Notes: generated from the sequence alone by a model not told the origin. Positions 27,155 to 36,054 are shown, counted from the first letter of the stretch. The stretch is 64,000 nucleotides of DNA from Bacteroidales bacterium (GCA_016936665.1 JAFGXI010000009.1:86648-150647), one strand, 5' to 3'. Made by a program: numbers and translations.

Positions 27155-30100
27155 TTATTTTAATAAAGTTATTGAGCCAGACTGAGCATTATTGCCATCT
27201 TTCAAATCTATCACGTAATAGTAAACTGCAGCAGGCAACTCTTTTCCATTGCTAGTACCATCCCATACTTCGGCATAGCCTATCGATTCAAAAACTAAAT
27301 TACCCCACTCGTTGAAAATTTTAATAGTACAGTCAGGAAATTTATCGATGTTTTCGATAGTCCAATAATCATTTACACCATCGGCATTAGGCGTAAAGAC
27401 ATCCATAGGGGTAATAATCTCTTTATTGGCCTCAAGTGTATAACTTGCTGTTGCACTACAGTTATTATAGTCGATTACAGTAAGGTTATAAACTCCTGAG
27501 TTAATACTCATCAAATCTTGTGTTAAACCGTTTGTTCCCCAGTTAAACGAGTAAGGTACTGTTCCGCCTTCCATCATTATGCTAATAGAACCATCATAAG
27601 CATCTGTTTTAGATTCGTTGGTAACAACGCCTGAAATGATAATTGAGTCTGGTTGAGATAATATTACACTATCAATATAAGTTCCACATTGATCCATAAC
27701 GGAATATTTATAAATTCCTATTGGTAAACTATCTATATATAGATCTGAATGCGAGAAGTTATTCCAAGAGAAAGTATAAGGCTCAATACCTTGGGTAATT
27801 GTAATTGAAATGGTTCCATTGGAATCGTTATAACAAAGAGGTTCTGTGTAAACCGCTTCCACCATTAATGTAGGTAAATTAGAAACATATACAGAATCAA
27901 CCACTGTGTCTTGACACATATCTACCACACTCACAAAATGCATTCCTACACTAAGATCATTCACATTCATTGCGTTATTGCCATTACTCCAAGCATATGT
28001 GTATGGCATTAAACCTCCGTTAACATCGACTTGTGTTTGACCATTGGAGCCTGATGCACATAGCAATGTGATACTATGGTCTTGAAGAGTAGCTTGTAAG
28101 ATAGCAGTACTTATAATTTCAACAGAGTCAATCATTAGCATATTACAAGCATCTGTAATTGTAACATAATGCATACCCGACCATAGAGAATCCACATAAT
28201 TTGTGTCTAACATCGAACTTGTTCCCCAGTTATAATGAACCGGAGCAACTCCGTTAGCAACAACCACATCAATAAAACCTAAACTATCTCCGGAACATTG
28301 CTCTGAGGTATTAGTAAATGAATATGTTAAAACCGGTAAATGATTTATCTCTACAGAATCAATTGTGCTTCCACATACATCGCTAACTGTAACGTACTGC
28401 GTACCAACAGGCAAGTCAGAAGCAATATTGCTTGTACTTGCACTATTCGACCAAGCAAAAGTATAGGGCTGAACGCCTCCGGTCGCAATTAACGAAGCTT
28501 GTCCATCGGCAGAACCAATACAAGATGCATCGGACATATGTTCGGCAAATGCTATTAATTTGGGGAAGTAATTAAACAAAATTGAATCTACAATTTGTGT
28601 TCCGCATTGGTCTGTTACAGTTACGTATTCTGTTCCTACAGATAAATCGTGAGCTATAGAGCCAGTACTTGAGGATGAGCTCCAAGTAAAAACGTAAGGC
28701 ATTACGCCACCATTTGCAACAACAGTTGCAGAGCCATTCGAGCTTGTATCGCACAACAAACTGCCGATATGATTAGTAAAGCCTGCAACAAGTAGCGCAT
28801 TTTCTCCAATTACTATTGAATCGGTAACAGACCCACATGCATCGGTAACTGTAATATAGTATGTATTTGCTGGTAAATTGCTAACCGTATCGTTTGTCGA
28901 AATTGGAGCTCCAGCACTTGGTAGAGTATCCCAAACATATGAATACATTCCAGAACCATTAGTTACAACAACAACAGCTTCTCCATTGCTCGAATTACAA
29001 GTTTCATAACTTGAGAATAATTGAACATCCATAGATGGAGTAACGCCAATTTCAACAGAATCAATTTTAGTTCCACAAGCATCAGTGACTGTTACATACT
29101 GCATTCCCTCTTGTAGTAGATACGCAATTGTTGTATCAAGCTCACCGGAAGACCACGCAATTGAATAAGGTTGAACACCTCCAACAACAAAAACAGATGC
29201 AGAGCCATCTGCATTTCCGGAGCATGTAACATCAGTATTTTCAGAAATACTAGCATACATAACAGGTAGATTCACAACATTTACAGAATCTACTATACTG
29301 ATACAACCATCAGTAACAGTAATGTGATGTAAGCCTATTGCTAAATCTGAAGCGATATAATCGGTACTTGTAGAATTTTCCCATTGATATGTTATTGTAC
29401 TATATCCATTTTGAGTATTCATCCAAGCTTCGCCATCCATACCCCCTGGGCAAGCTATAATAGTATTATGAGTACTTATTGTAGATGTTAAGGTTGGAAT
29501 ATGATCTACAACAATAGTATCTAGAACTTGAGTACCACATGCATCAGTAACAGTAACAACGTGAGTCCCGACTAATAAATCGTATGCTATAGAATCCACA
29601 AAAGATCCTACCGAAGCAGACCATTGATACACGTATGGGCGTTGACCTAAACTTGCTAACACAGTAGCACTTGGCAAAGTATCATAAAAACAGTTTAAAG
29701 TCACTCGATCTGTTAAAGAACTTACAAGTAGAGGATCATTGTCTAAAATTACTGAATCAACATAAACACAACCTTTTTCTGAAGTTGCAGTGAGAGTATA
29801 TTGGCCTACACCTAAGTTTGATATAGTTTGGCTTGTTTCAAGAGTATTCCATAACCATTCGAAGCTGTATCGAACCGTATCAGCAGTAGCACTCGTATCT
29901 GAAAACACATAGGCTGTTACAGAGCCATCGTTACTGCTTGGACAAGATGTCAAATCTGTAACAAATCGAATATCAAAATCATTACACAATTTATGTTTAG
30001 CAATAAAAGCATCTGAAAAGGATGATGTAGTAATACCTAATGTTGTGTCATTACCATAATCAGAATCAAAAGTTAATGGATCCGAATAGTACGTACCTGC

Positions 30101-31429
30101 TATAAATAAATTAAAATTATTGTCCACATATGCCGTTACACTTTGATCATCTGCAGTCCCATAAACTTGATCTGCATATATTGGGTCTGCATTATTATCT
30201 GTAAAAATGTAAAGTACATCTGTGGTTGCAGGAGCAGTTGAGCTCAATGTTTCCGATCCTATATTGATGTCTCCACTAAAGCCTCCGGCAAATAAAATAT
30301 TATTACCATGATATGTAGTAAAGTTAATTTGATTAGTTCCGTCGCCTTCGAACACATGAGAGTTTACATACTCGCCATTAAAATCGTATTTTAAAATAAA
30401 AATATCACTATTTGCTCCAACAATAGGTGTTGATACCGGTGTGGAGGATTCAAAAGTCAAGTTTGTACTATTAGTATATCCTCCTGCAAAATACCCATCC
30501 GGAGTAACAACACTGCTAGAAATATAGTCTAAGCTTGTTCCGTGGATACTTCTAGACCAAATTTCATTAAAGTTTAAATCTGTTTTGTACAAGAAAGCAT
30601 CCTGGTCGCCCGAGGCAGAGGCAGTTAACAAACTTGTTCCTAGTTGAACTTGGTCGGTGAACTTTCCTGCCATATAGTAACTATTGTTGAAGTACTTAAT
30701 ACTAACAATGTTTCCTGCTCCCGTCGTATTAGGGAAAGAGAGATGCTCGTTATCGATATAGTTTCCATCTAAATCCATACTGGCAATAAATACACCCTTC
30801 CCTGTCCCCGAAGTAGCGTTGATAGTCGCTGTTGCTGATCCGATTGGACCAAAATTACAATCTGTAGCAAACCAACCGCTATAAATAATTCTATTTAAAG
30901 AGGGATCTATAGTTATTGCTCCAGAAACACTTCCTTTTGTCCCCCAAGCGGCATTTTGTGCCCAAACTAAATCTCCATCGGAAGTATATTTAGCAACAAA
31001 CACATCGAACAAGCCCGTATTTGTAAGCGTAACAGTATTGGCAGGAGAAGGAAAAGAACAATCGCTCGATTTAAAATCGCCAAGGATATAAATATTGTTA
31101 TTGTCGTCGAATGTAATTGCTTTTGGCACATCTTTTCCTGCACTTTGGATAAAACGCATCCACAATGGATTTCCATCAGGATCGAATTTTGCTAAAAACA
31201 AATCGTCATCTCCGGCAGAAGCAACCACTTGGGTTTCGTCGGTAATTAGAATAATTTCACTTGTGAAAAACCCGAAAGTATAAATATTGTTATCATTGTC
31301 AATAGTAGATTCTATTATCCCAATGTTACTATTTGCACCTCTAATGGCTCTTGCCCATGTCCACTCTTGCGCATAAGAGTTTTGCAAAAAGCTGAGCGTA
31401 ATACTCAAAATAATAAGAATGTATTTCAT
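27155..31429 (-). CDS. T9SS type-B cargo: giant adhesin-like protein (beta-propeller-type repeats, ~11 SprB/HYR-like repeats, gliding-motility-associated C-terminal domain)
   Basis: 1424 aa with a signal peptide. The N-terminal third has SBBP-like repeats (DGNPLWMRF, DGDLVWAQN). It ends in VFTPNADGVNDYWTIENIDKFP...VYYYVIDL, a CHU_C / type-B sorting domain at roughly 27158..27427. Confidence 0.85.
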   Translation of the reverse strand: MKYILIILSITLSFLQNSYAQEWTWARAIRGANSNIGIIESTIDNDNNIYTFGFFTSEIILITDETQVVASAGDDDLFLAKFDPDGNPLWMRFIQSAGKDVPKAITFDDNNNIYILGDFKSSDCSFPSPANTVTLTNTGLFDVFVAKYTSDGDLVWAQNAAWGTKGSVSGAITIDPSLNRIIYSGWFATDCNFGPIGSATATINATSGTGKGVFIASMDLDGNYIDNEHLSFPNTTGAGNIVSIKYFNNSYYMAGKFTDQVQLGTSLLTASASGDQDAFLYKTDLNFNEIWSRSIHGTSLDYISSSVVTPDGYFAGGYTNSTNLTFESSTPVSTPIVGANSDIFILKYDFNGEYVNSHVFEGDGTNQINFTTYHGNNILFAGGFSGDINIGSETLSSTAPATTDVLYIFTDNNADPIYADQVYGTADDQSVTAYVDNNFNLFIAGTYYSDPLTFDSDYGNDTTLGITTSSFSDAFIAKHKLCNDFDIRFVTDLTSCPSSNDGSVTAYVFSDTSATADTVRYSFEWLWNTLETSQTISNLGVGQYTLTATSEKGCVYVDSVILDNDPLLVSSLTDRVTLNCFYDTLPSATVLASLGQRPYVYQWSASVGSFVDSIAYDLLVGTHVVTVTDACGTQVLDTIVVDHIPTLTSTISTHNTIIACPGGMDGEAWMNTQNGYSTITYQWENSTSTDYIASDLAIGLHHITVTDGCISIVDSVNVVNLPVMYASISENTDVTCSGNADGSASVFVVGGVQPYSIAWSSGELDTTIAYLLQEGMQYVTVTDACGTKIDSVEIGVTPSMDVQLFSSYETCNSSNGEAVVVVTNGSGMYSYVWDTLPSAGAPISTNDTVSNLPANTYYITVTDACGSVTDSIVIGENALLVAGFTNHIGSLLCDTSSNGSATVVANGGVMPYVFTWSSSSSTGSIAHDLSVGTEYVTVTDQCGTQIVDSILFNYFPKLIAFAEHMSDASCIGSADGQASLIATGGVQPYTFAWSNSASTSNIASDLPVGTQYVTVSDVCGSTIDSVEINHLPVLTYSFTNTSEQCSGDSLGFIDVVVANGVAPVHYNWGTSSMLDTNYVDSLWSGMHYVTITDACNMLMIDSVEIISTAILQATLQDHSITLLCASGSNGQTQVDVNGGLMPYTYAWSNGNNAMNVNDLSVGMHFVSVVDMCQDTVVDSVYVSNLPTLMVEAVYTEPLCYNDSNGTISITITQGIEPYTFSWNNFSHSDLYIDSLPIGIYKYSVMDQCGTYIDSVILSQPDSIIISGVVTNESKTDAYDGSISIMMEGGTVPYSFNWGTNGLTQDLMSINSGVYNLTVIDYNNCSATASYTLEANKEIITPMDVFTPNADGVNDYWTIENIDKFPDCTIKIFNEWGNLVFESIGYAEVWDGTSNGKELPAAVYYYVIDLKDGNNAQSGSITLLK
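27455..29986 (-). repeat. About 11 tandem ~75-aa coding repeats (SprB-like: C..S.DG.....v.GG..PY.f.W)
   Basis: Recurring motifs RPYVYQWS, ITYQWENS, QPYSIAWS, MYSYVWDT, MPYVFTWS, QPYTFAWS, MPYTYAWS, EPYTFSWN and VPYSFNWG. Each is followed by ...YxVTVTDxCG. Confidence 0.8.
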
Positions 31430-31448
31430 ATTGTAATTTTTTTAGTTT

Positions 31449-31616
31449 TTAAGAACCTGAATAATCCTCAGTTGTGTTATTAACATCCCCAGATAACGTC
31501 TTGGAAATCGATAGTATATTAAGCTCCGGCGTTTTCCAATTTAATTTGTTTATAAGCTCTTCATCAACTTCTTGAATTTGCTTTATGTCTTTGTTTTCTG
31601 AACCTTTTAAATTCAT
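31449..31616 (-). CDS. Candidate lasso-type RiPP precursor peptide (55 aa)
   Basis: Manual translation gives MNLKGSENKDIKQIQEVDEELINKLNWKTPELNILSISKTLSGDVNNTTEDYSGS, from ATG at 31616 to TAA at 31451..31449. The leader has W(-15)xxP(-12)xL(-10)...T(-2). The core is SGDVNNTTEDYSGS, with Glu9 as the only acidic residue at a ring-competent position. A -7 box sits at 31650..31657. The ORF is divergent from the cyclase gene. Confidence 0.6.
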   Translation of the reverse strand: MNLKGSENKDIKQIQEVDEELINKLNWKTPELNILSISKTLSGDVNNTTEDYSGS

Positions 31617-31649
31617 ATATATTAGACTTTAGTGTTTGTACAAAAGGAA

Positions 31650-31657
31650 CAAATTTA
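31650..31657 (-). promoter_or_regulatory. -7 promoter box (TAAATTTG on the minus strand) for the precursor operon
   Basis: TAnnTTTG match about 33 nt upstream of the precursor ATG. Confidence 0.4.
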
Positions 31658-31669
31658 TATAATTTTAGT

Positions 31670-31677
31670 TATTTTTG
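31670..31677 (+). promoter_or_regulatory. -7 promoter box (TATTTTTG) for the cyclase gene
   Basis: TAnnTTTG match 27 nt upstream of the ATG at 31705. It lies back-to-back with the precursor promoter in an 88-bp divergent region. Confidence 0.4.
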
Positions 31678-31704
31678 TTAATAATAGATAGTAATTTATT
31701 CTGA

Positions 31705-33348
31705 ATGGTTGCCTTAATATGGTCTAAAATTGATTTAGATGCCGAAATATTTGATTTAATACATACTAATCATCAATTAAAAATTTATTTATTGTGGGTT
31801 AAAGAGTCAATTTCAGAAAAAATTGAAATAAAAGACACAAGCCTCCAATATGAATATAAAACGCATATATCTTCTCCATCAGGCATACACTCTATAACTG
31901 CTGACTTACTTAAAAATAGTTGCCAAATTTATAGAGGGGCAAATAGTCAAATACCAATTTACTATTATAAAAACGAGAACATCGCTTTAGTATCTAACAG
32001 CCTGAATGTTTTTTCGAAACTACCTGTTAATCTTACAATTAACTATAAATGGATTGCTTGTGGTCTTTCCGGAATTGCACCCGAAGCCCATGAGACTTAT
32101 TACGAATCGGTAAAAAAACTCCGTCCTGGTTCAGGTTTGCAATTGAGCAACTGGGAATTTTGCATTTCTGATTTAAAAAAAGATACTGATTATCAATTCG
32201 ATAATTTAGAACATGCGCTTTCTCAAACCGTTTTAAAATATATTGGGATCAATAATGGCTGTGAATTAAGTGGTGGGTTGGACTCTTCGGCAATTGCGGG
32301 TTGGTTATCGCACCATGTAAGTGGCAAACAAATTGTTTTAAATGCCTTTAATCAAGGTTTAAAACCGGGAATTCAAAAGCAGTTTTTTCCGTATGTTGAT
32401 GAAAGAAATTTTGCAAAGCTTGTTGAGCTATTCCACAAAAACCTTAAGATTAATATTGTTGATAGCTTCGAGAACAATTTGATTGATGATATCAAACTTG
32501 CAGGCTCCATACTAGCCTCACCTGCATTGAACAGCTTAAGTTATTTTAATATACAACTGTTTCGCGATGCTCGACGATTAAACGTATCTACATTATTTTC
32601 AGGTTTTGGAGGCGACGAAGCGATAAGTGCAAGAACATATCAATACCCTCAGTTTCTAATTTCTCAGCACCAATGGAAAGAATTACTCCAACTTTCGAAA
32701 AAAAATCCAATTTATATTTCGAAATCCATCATTAAATATTTTGTAAAAAAACCTAAATCGATCCCTGCTTGGAAATTTGAAAAATGGGATAATACATTAA
32801 TCACAAACGAACTAAAAAACAAAACCAAGTTCGAACCGTATTTTTTTAACAATTCATCAAAACTTGCTGAAAACTTTGAACAATTCTTATTAAATAAAAT
32901 CAATCATCCTGCCGTAAAATTGAGAGTAGAAGAAAACAGCAGTGTTGCGCGTCATTTTGGAATCGACTATGCTTATCCGCTTTTAGACGAGCAATTAATC
33001 TATTATTACTTAAATATTCCTGATTATAAAAAATTTAATATCAACCCCGATCGACACTTATTTCGACAAGCCATAAGCAAAGTGGTGCCCCCCGAAATTA
33101 AAAACAGAACAGACAAAACCTCTGCTACAATTCCGAATGTGTATTATCGTCTTTTAAATGAAAAAGAAAATATTATCGAAATTATTCACCAAGCAAAACA
33201 AACGGAAATGGCACAAATAATAAATCTCGAAAAAATGCTACTTCTGTTGAAGAGAGCAGAACTAAAAAATAAAGGCATCCATAATGGAAGATTAGATTTA
33301 AAAAATCTGTTTTTCGCATTAGGACTAATTTTATTCGAAAAAAATTAG
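31705..33348 (+). CDS. Asparagine-synthetase-like protein, lasso-peptide cyclase type (no glutaminase Cys)
   Basis: 547 aa. A PP-loop SGGLDSS sits at aa 189-195 (32269..32289). The N-terminus MVALIW lacks the Cys2 of true AsnB. A later FSGFGGDE motif is present. Size and context fit McjC-like cyclases. Confidence 0.7.
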   Translation: MVALIWSKIDLDAEIFDLIHTNHQLKIYLLWVKESISEKIEIKDTSLQYEYKTHISSPSGIHSITADLLKNSCQIYRGANSQIPIYYYKNENIALVSNSLNVFSKLPVNLTINYKWIACGLSGIAPEAHETYYESVKKLRPGSGLQLSNWEFCISDLKKDTDYQFDNLEHALSQTVLKYIGINNGCELSGGLDSSAIAGWLSHHVSGKQIVLNAFNQGLKPGIQKQFFPYVDERNFAKLVELFHKNLKINIVDSFENNLIDDIKLAGSILASPALNSLSYFNIQLFRDARRLNVSTLFSGFGGDEAISARTYQYPQFLISQHQWKELLQLSKKNPIYISKSIIKYFVKKPKSIPAWKFEKWDNTLITNELKNKTKFEPYFFNNSSKLAENFEQFLLNKINHPAVKLRVEENSSVARHFGIDYAYPLLDEQLIYYYLNIPDYKKFNINPDRHLFRQAISKVVPPEIKNRTDKTSATIPNVYYRLLNEKENIIEIIHQAKQTEMAQIINLEKMLLLLKRAELKNKGIHNGRLDLKNLFFALGLILFEKN

Positions 33349-33463
33349 ATTACATACCATTAGCTAAGGGGTTCTTAATAATTTTTTATATTTTTTATAA
33401 ACTTACCCTCTATTTTTTCACATACAATATTATTATTTTTTATTTTTGTGAAAAATTTAGATC

Positions 33464-35644
33464 ATGGCAACACTTCGTTTTAACGCATTAGAAAAAGTAA
33501 TCTCTCGACAAGCAAAAGAAATTACAACTCCTTCGACTAAACCGTCGCAATATTTCTCAGAAATGGTATTTACTCGTGCTAAGATGCAGGAATACTTATC
33601 AAAAGAAGCCTATCAGAATGTGATGGATGCTAATGAAAAAGGTTGTAAAATTGACCGAAGAATTGCCGAGCAAATAGCAGCAGGCATGAAAGCTTGGGCC
33701 ACCGACAAAGGAGCTACACACTATACTCACTGGTTTCACCCATTGAACGGCGCAACGGCCGAAAAACACGATGCTTTTTTTGAGCCTACAGAAAATGGAG
33801 GAGCAATTGAAAAGTTTACAGGATCGTTGCTTGTCCAACAAGAGCCTGACGCTTCTAGTTTTCCGAACGGAGGAATTAGAAACACATTCGAAGCAAGAGG
33901 TTATTCGGCTTGGGATCCTACTTCTCCAGCATTTGTAATGGGGAAAACACTATGTATTCCGACCATCTTTGTATCCTATACCGGAGAAGCTTTAGATTAT
34001 AAAACACCATTATTGAAGTCTTTACATCAGCTAAATAAAAATGCTGTAGAAGTCGCGCAATATTTCGATAAAAACGTCACGAAAGTTATTGCGAACTTAG
34101 GATGGGAACAGGAATACTTTTTAGTAGACGAAGCATTATATTACGCCAGACCAGACTTAGCTCTTACTGGGAGGACTTTAATGGGACATGCCTCAGCAAA
34201 AGATCAACAATTAGAAGATCATTACTTTGGTTCTATCCCTGAACGCGTTGCTGCTTATATGAAAGATTTTGAGATGGAGGCACTTAGATTAGGAATTCCT
34301 GTTAAAACTCGTCATAACGAGGTTGCCCCAAATCAATTTGAATGTGCGCCTGTTTATGAAGAAGCCAATCTTGCTGTCGATCATAACCAATTGATTACTG
34401 AAATAATGAACAAGGTTGCGCTTCGTCATCACTTTAGGGTATTAATGCACGAGAAACCTTACAAAGGCGTAAACGGTTCGGGTAAACATAACAATTGGTC
34501 TATGTCAACCAATACAGGTGTGAATTTATTATCGCCAGGAAAAAATCCTAAAGCAAACTTGCAGTTCTTAACATTTTTAGTAAACACCGTGATGGCTGTT
34601 TACAAGCATTCGGATTTGCTAAGAGCCAGTATCGTTTCGCCGGGCAACGAACACAGACTTGGAGCCAGCGAAGCACCACCATCAATTATATCTATCTTTT
34701 TAGGAAAACAATTATCGCTACATTTGGATGAAATAGAGCAAAGAGTTCCTAATTCAAGTAAAATGTCGGCCGACGAAAAAACAGAATTAAAACTTGACAT
34801 AGGAAAAATTCCTGAAATATTACTCGATAACACCGATCGTAACAGAACATCACCTTTTGCATTTACAGGAAACAGATTCGAGTTCAGAGCTGTTGGATCC
34901 AGCGCAAACTGTGCTTCGCCAATGATTGTATTAAATTCGATTGTTGCAAAACAACTTAAAGACTTTAAGACAGAGGTAGATCAAATCATTGAAACAGGCG
35001 TGAAAAAGGACGAAGCTATTTTTAGAGTTTTGAAATCGTATATTATTGAGTCAAAAGCAATTCGCTTCGAGGGTAATGGTTACAGCGATGAATGGGTTAA
35101 AGAAGCCGAAAAAAGAGGACTTACTAACATTAAAGAAATGGTTAATGCCATTCATTCTTTTGTGAGCCCTGAGTCGATTGCTTTGTTTGAAGAGTTGAAC
35201 GTATTAAACAAAAGAGAACTTGAAGCTCGATTAGAAATTCGACAAGAAATTTTTATTAAGAAGATTCAAATAGAGTCGAGAGTTTTAGGCGATTTAGTAT
35301 TAAATCATGTGATTCCTACAGCCATAAAATATCAAAATATTCTAATTGAGAACGTTAAAGGATTAGAATCTTTGTCTATTAAAATTAGCCGTTCTTCGCA
35401 AACTAAAATGTTAGAAAAATTATCTCTACACATCAATAGTGTTGAAGAAATGGTTGAAGAAATGGTTGAAGCTCGCAAAAAGGCCAATGCTATAGAAAAC
35501 ATGGAAGATAAAGCCAAAGCATACAATGTGGAAGTAAAACCATTTCTAGAGAAAATTAGATATCATATCGATAAACTAGAGCTTATTGTTGACGATGAGA
35601 TGTGGCCATTACCTAAATACAGAGAGTTGCTTTTTATGCGTTAA
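33464..35644 (+). CDS. glnN: Glutamine synthetase type III
   Basis: 726 aa, the length and architecture typical of Bacteroides-type GSIII (NEVAPNQFECAP, HEKPYKGVNGSGKHNNWS). A TATTTTTG box sits at 33441..33448. Confidence 0.85.
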   Translation: MATLRFNALEKVISRQAKEITTPSTKPSQYFSEMVFTRAKMQEYLSKEAYQNVMDANEKGCKIDRRIAEQIAAGMKAWATDKGATHYTHWFHPLNGATAEKHDAFFEPTENGGAIEKFTGSLLVQQEPDASSFPNGGIRNTFEARGYSAWDPTSPAFVMGKTLCIPTIFVSYTGEALDYKTPLLKSLHQLNKNAVEVAQYFDKNVTKVIANLGWEQEYFLVDEALYYARPDLALTGRTLMGHASAKDQQLEDHYFGSIPERVAAYMKDFEMEALRLGIPVKTRHNEVAPNQFECAPVYEEANLAVDHNQLITEIMNKVALRHHFRVLMHEKPYKGVNGSGKHNNWSMSTNTGVNLLSPGKNPKANLQFLTFLVNTVMAVYKHSDLLRASIVSPGNEHRLGASEAPPSIISIFLGKQLSLHLDEIEQRVPNSSKMSADEKTELKLDIGKIPEILLDNTDRNRTSPFAFTGNRFEFRAVGSSANCASPMIVLNSIVAKQLKDFKTEVDQIIETGVKKDEAIFRVLKSYIIESKAIRFEGNGYSDEWVKEAEKRGLTNIKEMVNAIHSFVSPESIALFEELNVLNKRELEARLEIRQEIFIKKIQIESRVLGDLVLNHVIPTAIKYQNILIENVKGLESLSIKISRSSQTKMLEKLSLHINSVEEMVEEMVEARKKANAIENMEDKAKAYNVEVKPFLEKIRYHIDKLELIVDDEMWPLPKYRELLFMR

Positions 35645-35725
35645 TATTATTTGAAAAATTTAATTCCACTAGAGTTAAAAACTTTTATAATTTTATCAGT
35701 CTAAAATTTAAAATATATAATAATT

Positions 35726-36043
35726 ATGGCAATACATGTTACAGATGCCGATTTCGAATCGGTAGTAATCAATTCGGATGTTCCAGTTGTTGTTGACTTA
35801 TGGGCTGAATGGTGTGGGCCTTGCCGCATGATCGCTCCGATAATTGAAGAAATGACATCGGAATATGAGGGACGAGCAAAAATGGTAAAAGTCGATATCG
35901 ACTCCAACCCACAAACACCTGTTAATTACGGTGTTAGAAATATCCCAACAGTTCTTTTCTTTAAAGGAGGCCAAGTTGTCGATAAACAAGTTGGGGCCGT
36001 TCCAAAAAGTGTTTTTGTTGACAAACTAGAGAAATTACTCTAA
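35726..36043 (+). CDS. trxA: Thioredoxin
   Basis: 105 aa with the WAEWCGPCRM active site. Confidence 0.9.
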   Translation: MAIHVTDADFESVVINSDVPVVVDLWAEWCGPCRMIAPIIEEMTSEYEGRAKMVKVDIDSNPQTPVNYGVRNIPTVLFFKGGQVVDKQVGAVPKSVFVDKLEKLL

Positions 36044-36054
36044 TTTGCCAAAAT

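Noticed and set aside
27455-29986. Regularly spaced ~225-bp repeats, considered as a possible CRISPR or other non-coding array
   Set aside because: The repeats are diverged, lie in-frame in one 1424-codon ORF, and correspond to protein-domain (SprB-like) repeats. There is no short identical repeat/spacer structure, and no cas genes are present anywhere in the window.
31449-31535. Alternative cleavage of the precursor after the first Thr-Pro (core ELNILSISKTLSGDVNNTTEDYSGS)
   Set aside because: That would destroy the W(-15)/P(-12)/L(-10)/T(-2) register and put Glu at position 1. The T-L|S site keeps the canonical leader spacing. It remains only a prediction.
33464-35644. Glutamine synthetase III immediately downstream of the cyclase, considered as a possible member of the RiPP locus
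   Set aside because: It has its own TAnnTTTG box (33441-33448) after a 115-bp gap. It is a universal housekeeping enzyme in this phylum, and nothing links it to peptide maturation.
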